Assembly (NCBI GenBank): GCA_964532805.1
Contig: CAZHKX010000001.1
Coordinates: 1-62,585, forward strand
DNA length: 62,585 nt
Source of the DNA: an uncultured Clostridia bacterium
GTDB lineage: Bacteria > Bacillota > DTU025 > MWDF01
Direction of reading: 5' to 3'
The notes under the pieces are model-generated. The model was not told the DNA's origin. It saw only the letters and a list, made by a program, of their open reading frames with translations, and ran no database searches. The number at the start of each line of letters is the position of its first letter. Within the stretch, counting starts at the first letter, position 1. Shown piece after piece: positions 38,576 through 47,900 of the stretch. The position numbers and the translations under genes are program-made.

Positions 38576-38652
38576 TGGCGGAAGCGACGGGAGTCGAACC
38601 CGCGGTCTCCTGCGTGACAGGCAGGCATGTTGGACCACTACACCACGCCTCC
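38576..38652 (-). tRNA. tRNA-Asp (anticodon GUC), CCA encoded
   Basis: The reverse complement contains CCTGCCTGTCACGCAGG (the same anticodon arm as E. coli tRNA-Asp), acceptor GGAGGCG/CGCTTCC, and T arm GCGGGTTCGACTCCCGT. Confidence 0.9.
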
Positions 38653-38758
38653 GCGCTATTGAGTATTATACCGTATTAACCTCAGGCGGGGAACAGGAAG
38701 GAAAAAACCTTAGGGCATAGTATATCTACACATGCGGCATTCCAGGAAGGATGCGCAA

Positions 38759-41254
38759 ATGGAAAGGCGTTTGCTAATGAGGGAAGGCAGCTCCGCAGCC
38801 ATTTCAGGGAATCTCGACCTTAAGGGGCTGATCAGCATCTTCAGCTCCTTCGATCAGCCTGCCGTCCTGCTTAGCTTAGAGACCGCCTCTGTAGCGTGGG
38901 TCAGCGATGCCATGGCCGAGCATCTGGGCATCAGTCCGCAAGAGGCTTCTGGCATGCCCTGCAGCAGCTTGATAGGTCCTGACGGCCTTCCGGCCTGCCC
39001 TCAAGATGAGATATCTGCAGAGCTGAGAAACGAAGTGGAGGCTCCGTATAGGGATCATCCCAACGGTCCTGCCCCAAGAAGGCAGGAGCTTACTTTATCA
39101 TGCTCAGACGGAGATTACCTTCTTGTGACATATCGTGTTGCAGGGGGAGGCAATCATCCCGGCCAGCTCCCCGGCAGGGATGCCGGATATCTGTGCAGCA
39201 AACTGCCGTCGTTGATCGTCGAGGTCGAAACAGGCAGGATCGCCGACGTGAACTCCACGGCTGCAAGGATTTTATCGGAGCACTTCGTTGACCTTGCGGG
39301 CAAGAACATCTATGACCTGATCCAGATGGAAAGGGTGAAGGCAACAGAGCTCTTATCAGCTGTGCTCAATGGGCAAATGCGCAGGGTCGAGCTGGTACTA
39401 TCGCCTGCCGATGGACGGAAGGCGTCATGCGATGCAGTAGTAATGCCCGTGCAGTGGGGTTCCTCCCCCCACATTCAGCTGGCTATCACGGATATCGTGG
39501 ATTTGCCTGGGAGGGTTGCAGAGCAAGCGAAGAGCGGCTCAATAAAGCCGGGAAGCGGAGCAGGATCCTTCCATAATGTCCTACTGGGCGCAGATGGTCT
39601 TATCCTGCATGCAAGCAGGTCGCTTGCCGCCCTGCTCGGCAGAGGCGACGGCTCTCTGGTAGGGCGAAAGCTTGCGGAACTCGTGCCGGAAAACTGGGTC
39701 CAACTGGCAGAAGCCGAGCTAAGGGAGCTTTATGCCGCCGGAAACAGGACCTTTGACCTTCCTTTAATCCTTGAATCTGACAGGAAAGGATGGTTTGAGG
39801 CTTATTGCACCAGGATCGGTTCGGAAGCATACATAATCAACCTTACTGCAATAGATTCCGGGGTGCGAAACCCGGAGGGCAGGCTTGAGGCAGCCCTTCT
39901 TGAACAGCTGTTCGAGAACTACCCCATGGCGATAATGCTCTCGGAGCGCGACGGGGCAATCATCAACACCAACCGCGCCTGCACCCAGATGTTCGGTTAC
40001 GAAAAAGCGGAGATGATAGGGCGCAGGGCGGACGACCTGATCGTGCCGGAGGGCGAGAGGGACAAGGCGACGGCGCTCACACAGGAGAGCGCCTTGGGTC
40101 ACCCCCTTTCCGCCACCGGAAAAAGAAGGACGAAGGACGGCAAGCTGCTGGATGTGCATTTCATCGGCCTGCCCATAACATACCGGGACCAGGAAGTAGC
40201 CTTCTTTGCCATTTACCAGGACATAAGCGAAAGCAAGCTCTTCGAGGATGAGCTCACGAAGGCCTTTGCGTTCGTCAGGTCGCTTTTCGAGGTGGCGCCT
40301 GATGGCATCTTCTACAAGGATACGGAGGGCAGGTTCCAGATGGTCAGCAAGACCCTTGCCGACAGGCGCGGCCTTCCCCCGTCGCAGCTCGTTGGGATGA
40401 GCTACTATGACATCCTGCCGAAGAGAAACGCAGACCGGCTGAGCGCGCTCGACAGGAAGGTGCTGGAAGGCGTAGGCAACATCGTCATCGAGGACCGCCT
40501 GCCCACCCTGACCGGCGAGAGGGACTTCGAGATAACCCTGTCTCCCGTCAAGGACGATGCCGGGAAGATTACTGGGATCATAGGCATGAGCCATGACATC
40601 ACGGACCGTAAAAGCACGGAAAGGCTCGTCCGGGACGTGAATGAGAGGCTTATGGCCCAAGTCAAGCAGCTTGAGCGGACATGGATGCAGACCATCAGCG
40701 TGCTTGCCACAGCCTCGGAGGCGCGCGACCTATATACGGCGGGCCACCAGAGGCGGGTGGCCCAGCTTGCGAAGGCCATCGGAAGCAGGCTCGGCCTTCC
40801 GGCGGATACCCTAAAGGGGCTTGAGCTGGCCGGCATAGTACATGACATCGGAAAGATTGACATACCCATCGAAATCCTCACGAAGCCGGGCAGGCTAGAG
40901 GATGTCGAGTTCGAGATACTTAGGACGCACAGCGAGATGAGCTGGCGCATACTTAAGGACATCGAATTTCCGTGGCCGCTTGCCGAGATCGCCTATCAGC
41001 ACCATGAGAGGATAGACGGCTCCGGTTATCCCAACAGGCTGAAAGGCGAGCAGATACTGAAGGAGGCCAGGATCCTCGCCGTGGCGGACGTCGTCGAGGC
41101 TATGTCCTCCAACAGGCCTTACAGGCCGGCACTCGGCATAAACGCAGCTCTTGATGAGATCGCCTCGAAGTCGGCCATCACCTTCGAGAAGGAGATTGTG
41201 GATGCCTGCCTTGCGGTCTTCAACAAGGAAGGCTTCGAGTTCATGGCAATATAG
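38759..41254 (+). CDS. Cytoplasmic multi-PAS HD-GYP domain protein (putative c-di-GMP phosphodiesterase)
   Basis: Several PAS-like modules, then YTAGHQRRV, HDIGKIDIP and HHERIDGSGYP. GGAAGG RBS favours ATG 38759 over the tracked 38732. Confidence 0.88.
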   Translation: MERRLLMREGSSAAISGNLDLKGLISIFSSFDQPAVLLSLETASVAWVSDAMAEHLGISPQEASGMPCSSLIGPDGLPACPQDEISAELRNEVEAPYRDHPNGPAPRRQELTLSCSDGDYLLVTYRVAGGGNHPGQLPGRDAGYLCSKLPSLIVEVETGRIADVNSTAARILSEHFVDLAGKNIYDLIQMERVKATELLSAVLNGQMRRVELVLSPADGRKASCDAVVMPVQWGSSPHIQLAITDIVDLPGRVAEQAKSGSIKPGSGAGSFHNVLLGADGLILHASRSLAALLGRGDGSLVGRKLAELVPENWVQLAEAELRELYAAGNRTFDLPLILESDRKGWFEAYCTRIGSEAYIINLTAIDSGVRNPEGRLEAALLEQLFENYPMAIMLSERDGAIINTNRACTQMFGYEKAEMIGRRADDLIVPEGERDKATALTQESALGHPLSATGKRRTKDGKLLDVHFIGLPITYRDQEVAFFAIYQDISESKLFEDELTKAFAFVRSLFEVAPDGIFYKDTEGRFQMVSKTLADRRGLPPSQLVGMSYYDILPKRNADRLSALDRKVLEGVGNIVIEDRLPTLTGERDFEITLSPVKDDAGKITGIIGMSHDITDRKSTERLVRDVNERLMAQVKQLERTWMQTISVLATASEARDLYTAGHQRRVAQLAKAIGSRLGLPADTLKGLELAGIVHDIGKIDIPIEILTKPGRLEDVEFEILRTHSEMSWRILKDIEFPWPLAEIAYQHHERIDGSGYPNRLKGEQILKEARILAVADVVEAMSSNRPYRPALGINAALDEIASKSAITFEKEIVDACLAVFNKEGFEFMAI

Positions 41255-41260
41255 AGATAC

Positions 41261-44200
41261 ATGCCGGAAGGCGGCGGAGGGAATATGCAGGAGAGGATGA
41301 AACAATATTTGCTCTGGGGCGTCTCGGCGGTTGCGATCATGTCGTCAATCGTCCTTATCAGCCTCCGGGATGAAGTCAGCACGCACATCTTCTTCGGCTT
41401 CTGCTCAATGACCATAGGCATCATCGCGATGCTGACCCTTTACTATCTGAACCGCAGCAGCAAGGACGTCTACACATTCGCGCTGATGATCGCCTCGGTT
41501 GCTACCTGGGTTACGCTTTACATCCATATGCTAAACGATATGGGCTATCTGGGGTTTCTCAACTACACCGCCCAATCCGGGATGCAGATACGGTATGTAA
41601 CGAGGATGGCGCAGAGCTTCGTAATCCTTACTTACCTCCTCCTTAGGAGAAGGGAGGATAAGATCTGGCTTATGCAGCCCATGACCCTAAGCTTCATGCT
41701 CCTCTGCTATGCGCTCATCTACTTCGGAGCATTCCCAGAGCTGATGGACAGCTCAACCAATCCTACGGCACTTGCGGTATCATTCAATGTAATCCAGCTT
41801 CTATCCATTTCTGGGCTGATCTTAGTGATACTGAGGGCGAAGTTCCTTCGCCCATATCTTCCTTCCTTTACGATAGGCGGCATTATGCTCATCGCAGGCA
41901 GCTTCCTGTCGCTGTTTGGCCTGAGGGCAAGCGACCCATCGTTACATGTAGTCGAATCCCTTTCCGATATGTTTGCTTATCTTGCATTCTATATTGGATT
42001 TTCAATACCGGCTGCAAGAGGGAACCTTGAAATGGGCCTGCTGCCAATACTAGCTGACAGGTCCTCATTGATCACCGCGCTGGCCCATCCCGCCTTCATC
42101 GCCGACCAGGACTTGTTGATTGTCTCCGTGAACAGCGAGGCGGAGAAGTGGCTTAAGAAAAGCCGGATGGAGCTTATCGGGAAGATTGTATATTCCATCC
42201 TTCCGGAGGCCGAGCAGCTCCTTAAGGACATGGTGGCAGAGTCAAGGATTACTTCGAGGGAGGTCGCAAGGCCGACCCAAAGCCTTGCCGGCCGGCATGT
42301 AAGCTTCACGCTTTACCCCAGCATCAACCGCGACAGGCAGGCTTCCAGATTCACTTTCGTGGCATGGGACGTGACCGGTGAGATCGAAGCCGAGGAGGGC
42401 ATGGAGAGAAACGAACGCATGTACAAGAGCCTGTTCCTGAACATAGGCACAGGCTTCATGCTTTATCGGCTGTCGGCAGACCGTTCCTCCAAGGAGATTG
42501 AGGTCATAGACGTCAACCCGGCCTTCGAAAGGAACACGGGAGAGAGGGGGCCCTTCCCTCCCGGAGGTAAGCTCAGGGAGCGCACAAGATTCATGAACGC
42601 AGGCTGGTACGACATGGTTTTACGGGCAGCACTCGACAAGCGCTCCGTGATAATCGACGGATTCTCCTCTGGCTCCGAGAGGTGGCTGTCGATATCAGCC
42701 TTCCCAATCACAGAGGAGACCTTCGGAATGGTTATCACGGACCAGACCTCCTTAAGGAACTTCCAGAGGGAGATATCGGCAAGCGAGCTCAAATACCGAA
42801 GCCTGGTAGAGGGCATGCCCATGTTCGTCCTCTCGCTGGATTCGGACTTTCGGGTCACCTACGTGAACGACTCCCTAAGAGAATCGACAGGGCTCGGAAG
42901 CCCGGATGAGTATCTGGGCAAGCCGATTGACGAAGTGTTCAGCCAGGATTATTGCCACTTCCTGAACAGGATGCGCAGCGGTATAAGCCTCAAAGCCGGC
43001 ACGATATCCGAGGAACTTGAGACATCCCGGCGGGGCAAGTCCAGATGGCAGAAGTGGCTGGCAAAGTCCGTGGCAGACAATGATGTGATACTCGGCTACA
43101 TTTTCCTTGGACAGGACATCACCGAGCAGAAAGAGGCGGCACAAAGCATATCGCTCTCCGAGGAGCGTTTCAGGACCCTCTTCATGGACAATTACCTTCC
43201 CATGCTGATAGTCGACGCAGAGGACCTCTCCATCCTTATGGCCAACAAAGCTTCGCAGTCCTTCTATGGCTTGGCGGAGGAGGAACTGCAGGGAGAAACC
43301 CTTGTCAGCTTCTCGCCTGGGCTGGACCACGAGAGCATTAAGCTTATGGCCAAGTCCACAAGGGATTCGGGCTTCAGCTCTATGTGCACCAGGCAGCTGG
43401 CTTCAGGTGGCCAAATAAAAGACGTCGACCTTTTCGCAAGCACGCTCTTCCTTGCGGACAAGATGGTCCTATCGTTCACCGTAAACGACATATCCGAGCG
43501 CAGGCAGATGGAAAACAAGCTGGAGCAGGAGAGGACTTACCTGGACAGCCTGTTCGAGAACAATCCCGACGCTGTGGCCATCGTTGAGAGCAATATGAGG
43601 ATCACCAGAGCAAACAATGCCTTCAGAAGGCTGTTCGGTTTTTCAAGCGAGGCGATCATCGGCAAGAAAATGTCTGAGCTTATTGGCACCCCTCAGACGG
43701 CGCAGGATATCGAGGAGAACATCGTCAAGTCCCTTGAGGGCAACAAGCTCGATTTCACGGCAAGGCGGCAAAGGCGGGACGGCACCACCATACCAGTCCG
43801 GGTCATCTGCATCCCTATGATACAGGCGGATGGCTCAAAGAACGTTTACGCCATCTACCACGATCTTTCCGAGCTGGCGCAGAGCCAGGAGATGCTGGGG
43901 CTCGCTAATGAAGTGATCAAGGAGAGCCCCGCCGTTCTCTTCAAGTGGTCGAACCAAACGGACTGGCCGATAGAATACGTATCGACCAACGTCTCACGCT
44001 GGGGCTATAACCCTGACGACCTTCTGGGGCGTAAGCTTAGGTTCTCTGAGCTGGTCAACGAGGAGGACCTTGTGCGAGTGACCCAGGAGGTGGAGGAGAA
44101 CCTGCGCAACGGGGTCTTCGAATATGTGCAGGAATACAGGCTCCGAAGGGCGGATGGGCACTACATATGGGTGGAGGACCATACAAGGATTGTACGCTCC

Positions 44201-44875
44201 GCAGCTGGCGAGATAGAGGGGATACAGGGCGTAATCATCGACAACACCGAGAAGAAGGTAGCCGAAATCGAAAGGCAGAGGAACCATGAGGAGCTGAAGC
44301 TTGCATGGAACAGAAGCCTTGACGTGCTCTCCTCGGTAACCGAGTTCAAGGACCCATATACCGCAGGCCATCAGCGTGGGGTAGCCGAAATCGCGGAGAG
44401 CATCGCAAGGATGATGAGCCTTCCTGAGGCCAAGATCGAGGCCATATCGAAATCCGCCCTGGTGCACGACATAGGGAAGCTGTACATCCCGGCGGACATA
44501 CTCAACAGGCCCAGGGTCCTTACTCCTTTGGAGTATAAGCTCGTCAAGATGCACAGCCAGTCAGGCAGGGATATCCTATCCAAGATCAAGCTTCCTTGGC
44601 CGCTAGCCGAGATAGTGTTCCAGCATCACGAGAGGATTGACGGCAGCGGCTATCCAAGGGGGCTCAAAGGCGATGAGATCCTTCTGGAGGCAAGGATAAT
44701 CGCCGTCGCCGACATAGTTGACGCCATGACCTCCCACAGGCCATACAGGCCGGCATGCTCGATCGGTGATGCGCTACGGGAGGTTGTCTCGATGAGGGGC
44801 ACTTCGCTGGACCCTGACGTAGTTGACGCCTGTGTTGCAGCATTCAGGATGAAGGGCATAGAACCGGCAGCCTGA
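41261..44875 (+). CDS. Polytopic-membrane multi-PAS HD-GYP domain protein (putative c-di-GMP phosphodiesterase)
   Basis: About 8 TM at the N-terminus and at least 4 PAS modules, then YTAGHQRGV, HDIGKLYIP and HHERIDGSGYP. The start may be ATG 41285 (GGAGG upstream). The gap from the preceding gene is only 6 nt. Confidence 0.88.
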   Translation: MPEGGGGNMQERMKQYLLWGVSAVAIMSSIVLISLRDEVSTHIFFGFCSMTIGIIAMLTLYYLNRSSKDVYTFALMIASVATWVTLYIHMLNDMGYLGFLNYTAQSGMQIRYVTRMAQSFVILTYLLLRRREDKIWLMQPMTLSFMLLCYALIYFGAFPELMDSSTNPTALAVSFNVIQLLSISGLILVILRAKFLRPYLPSFTIGGIMLIAGSFLSLFGLRASDPSLHVVESLSDMFAYLAFYIGFSIPAARGNLEMGLLPILADRSSLITALAHPAFIADQDLLIVSVNSEAEKWLKKSRMELIGKIVYSILPEAEQLLKDMVAESRITSREVARPTQSLAGRHVSFTLYPSINRDRQASRFTFVAWDVTGEIEAEEGMERNERMYKSLFLNIGTGFMLYRLSADRSSKEIEVIDVNPAFERNTGERGPFPPGGKLRERTRFMNAGWYDMVLRAALDKRSVIIDGFSSGSERWLSISAFPITEETFGMVITDQTSLRNFQREISASELKYRSLVEGMPMFVLSLDSDFRVTYVNDSLRESTGLGSPDEYLGKPIDEVFSQDYCHFLNRMRSGISLKAGTISEELETSRRGKSRWQKWLAKSVADNDVILGYIFLGQDITEQKEAAQSISLSEERFRTLFMDNYLPMLIVDAEDLSILMANKASQSFYGLAEEELQGETLVSFSPGLDHESIKLMAKSTRDSGFSSMCTRQLASGGQIKDVDLFASTLFLADKMVLSFTVNDISERRQMENKLEQERTYLDSLFENNPDAVAIVESNMRITRANNAFRRLFGFSSEAIIGKKMSELIGTPQTAQDIEENIVKSLEGNKLDFTARRQRRDGTTIPVRVICIPMIQADGSKNVYAIYHDLSELAQSQEMLGLANEVIKESPAVLFKWSNQTDWPIEYVSTNVSRWGYNPDDLLGRKLRFSELVNEEDLVRVTQEVEENLRNGVFEYVQEYRLRRADGHYIWVEDHTRIVRSAAGEIEGIQGVIIDNTEKKVAEIERQRNHEELKLAWNRSLDVLSSVTEFKDPYTAGHQRGVAEIAESIARMMSLPEAKIEAISKSALVHDIGKLYIPADILNRPRVLTPLEYKLVKMHSQSGRDILSKIKLPWPLAEIVFQHHERIDGSGYPRGLKGDEILLEARIIAVADIVDAMTSHRPYRPACSIGDALREVVSMRGTSLDPDVVDACVAAFRMKGIEPAA

Positions 44876-44934
44876 GCGCTACGAGTATAACCGGCCAATC
44901 ATGCTTCAATCGGAGTAATGGGCTTAAGTAGCAA

Positions 44935-44966
44935 GGAAGGGCGGTCGCACGCGTTGCCGCCCTTCC
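44935..44966. terminator. Bidirectional stem-loop between convergent genes
   Basis: GGAAGGGCGG (44935-44944) pairs perfectly with CCGCCCTTCC (44957-44966), with a 12-nt loop. Confidence 0.6.
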
Positions 44967-44989
44967 AATCATTATCGCCGACGTCGCAT

Positions 44990-47900
44990 TCAGCGGCCAG
45001 CCTCCACCCCTCTGGAGAGCACCTGCTCGACTTTCTCGTGAAGCTGTGCCATGGTGAACGGCTTCTGAAGGAAACCTATCCCCTTGTCTATCGACATGCG
45101 CTTTTCTATCGCCTCAGGGAAGTGACCGGATATGAACATGGTGCTAATGTCAGGCAGAACCGCTTTTATCGCCTCAGCCAGCTCGGATCCGTTCATCTCC
45201 GGCATTATCAGGTCGCTTATCAGAAGGGATATGTCCTTCCTCTGTTTTGCCACCTCGATTGCCCTTGAAGGAGTGTCTGCGGTGACGACTTCGTAGCCGC
45301 CTCTTTCTAGCATGGTCTTGGCAAGCCTTAGGATGGCGGGCTCATCCTCGACAAGCAGGATCACCTTCCTTGCTCCGCCTGGCGCCAACAGGTCCGCCTG
45401 GTTCCTGGTATCGGTCCTTTCCTTGTGCTTAGGCAGGTAGACCCTGAAGATCGACCCCTTATCCGGTTCGCTCTCCACCTCGACGAAACCGCCGTTCTGC
45501 TTAACTATGCCGTAAAGCACAGCCATGTCCATACTGCCTGCCGGATTCACAGTGCTGGAGGCAAAGGGCTCGAACACGCTCGTCAGCTCCTCGCCGCTTA
45601 GGCCCTTGCCGCTATCCTCGACCGTTATCATTAAATAGTCGCCCGCTCCCACTCCTCCCATGCTTGCAGCCACTTCGTTGCTGACCTTCCTCACCGAAGT
45701 GGATATCGTTATTCTCCCCTCTTCCGATATCACCTTGTTGGCTCTTGTGCAGAGGTCGGAAAGGACCTGTTCGGCCTGTTGCCTGTCCATCATCACCAAA
45801 GGAGTGCCGCTGCCCGGGTTCCAGCTGAAGTCGATCTCCTTGCGCATCCCGCCCCTGCAGTGCTCAATCTTGCCTCCAATGAGCTCGTTGAAGTCGATCG
45901 GCTCCGGACTTATGCTCTGCTTGCCTGCGAAGGTGAACAGCTGTCTAGTAGTTGCTGAAGCCCTCAATGCCGCCTCGTGGATCGCCTCAAGGCTCCTGTG
46001 GAACTCGTCATTCGCCTCTGCCTGTTCAAGCGCAATCTCTGAATTCCCGAGTATCACACCTAGCATGTTGTTGTAATCATGTGCTATGCCCTCAGCCAGC
46101 CTCCCGATGGACTCCATCTTCTGCGACTGTGCGTAAAGCTCCTGGAGCCTCTGGTTCTCCTCTAGCATCTGCCTGCTCGCCTCTTCGTTCTTAATGGTGT
46201 GGAGCCCGAAGGAGATGTCGCTTGCCATCTCGGTGAACAGCGCCATCTCTTCCTGATCTATAAGGCTTTCATGTGCGGATATGACCACGAAGTAGCCGTA
46301 GTCTGCCCCGGCATATGACAGCCTGGCACAAAGGCCTCCCATATCCTCGTTGCCCTCACAGCCTTCCATTGCGCTGTCCAGGACCACGATGCCCTCTTCG
46401 GCCTTCTGTGCCCTCTCGAAGCACTCAGGATAGTCGCCGGCAACTACTCTCCTTGCGAGACTCTCAAGGCAGCCACCCTTGATTCCTGAGCTCCAGGCCC
46501 TGCTGTTGCCATCGTCATCTCTGAGGACTATCAAGGAATCCGCATACCCGTGGTCTCTTACCAGTATCCTCGTCGCCTCGGCTATCAGTGCATCGGCGTC
46601 CTTGACCTTGGTGAGAAGCTTCCCGATGTTCCTAATGGAGCTTAACACCCTGTTCATATGAGTTATCCTGTTTAGCATCTGCATGGTCTCGGTCGTATCC
46701 TGCAAAGAGCCTTGAAGGCCAGTTATCTTGCCTTCAAGGTTCCTGTTCGCCTGAATCCTCAACAGAAGCATCTTGCCAGAAGCCTCGCCTTGGGAAACGG
46801 AGAGGTTCAGGCTCATGCTGTCGCCGGAAGCAAGCGCCTGCTCGAAAGCGCTCCTGACTGTGTCAAGGGTGAAGGAGTCAAATGACTCAGCCAGCTTGAA
46901 GAACGGTGCGATGTCGGGTGCAGGAAGCTTGCCCAGTATTCTGAACACCTCATCCGAGCAGTTCATCCTCTCGGAACCCTTCTGCCACTCCCAGCTTCCT
47001 ATATGGGATATCGCCTCCGTCTCCGAGAGCATGGACTGGTTCTTGGTGATCTCATCCTCAGAAAGCTTGCGCTCCGTAACATCGTGGTAGACTTCCAGAG
47101 ACGACACCGAGCCGTCCTCGTTTACGATCGGGATGTCGGTAATATCGTAGTAGCACCTGTTGCGCTCGAAGTACTTGCCCATCCTGATGATCTTCCCAGG
47201 TATGGACATCTCATGCCTGCACCTTGTGCATTTCTGCTCGATTTCGTTCAGGTATTGGTAGCACTTCTTGCCGGCAGGTTCGCCGAACTGCCTCAGCATG
47301 ACGGGGTTCGCGTACTCGACCTCGTACTCGCCGTTGACAATGCAGATTCCGCTGGGGAACTCGTCTAGGATCTGCTTCATCCTCTTCTGCTGCTTCTCAA
47401 GCGCGCCCTGGATTCTCTTTAGGTCCGTTATCTCAAGCATCGCCCCTACTATGCCCAGCGCCTTCCCCTTATCGTCCCTGTATACGGACTTGCTGATAAG
47501 ATAGGACTTCTCTTCACCTTCCGGCCCGCCGATCGAGGCTTCATATGCCGGGATTGCGCCTTGCTCCGAAAGGATGGTGTCATCTTTCGTCAGCACCTCG
47601 CGCAGGTTTCCGCCCGTTATCTCGTCATCCTTACGCCCTTTTATCTGATCGGCGACAAGGCCTATGACCCGCTCGAAGGATTTGTTGCACCCCAGATACC
47701 TGCCTTCCGAGTCCCTGAAGAAGACTGGGGCGGCGATCGAGTCTATGACGTCGTTGAAGAGCTTGCCGCTTGCCTTAAGCTGCTCAGTCCTGATCTCCAC
47801 CTGCCTTCTCAGAGTCCTGACCCAGGCAAGCGCCAGCAGGCCAAGGACGAGAAACGGAAGTGTGCCCATAAGGGCGAATCTCACTAGCGTGGCTGCGTCG

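Noticed and set aside
32279-38652. attL/attR-type direct repeats of the tRNA 3' ends delimiting an intact genomic island.
   Set aside because: By eye I could not find a second copy of the 3' halves of tRNA-Thr, tRNA-Gly or tRNA-Asp in the neighbouring spacers. This needs a computational repeat search, so I report only a decayed mosaic.
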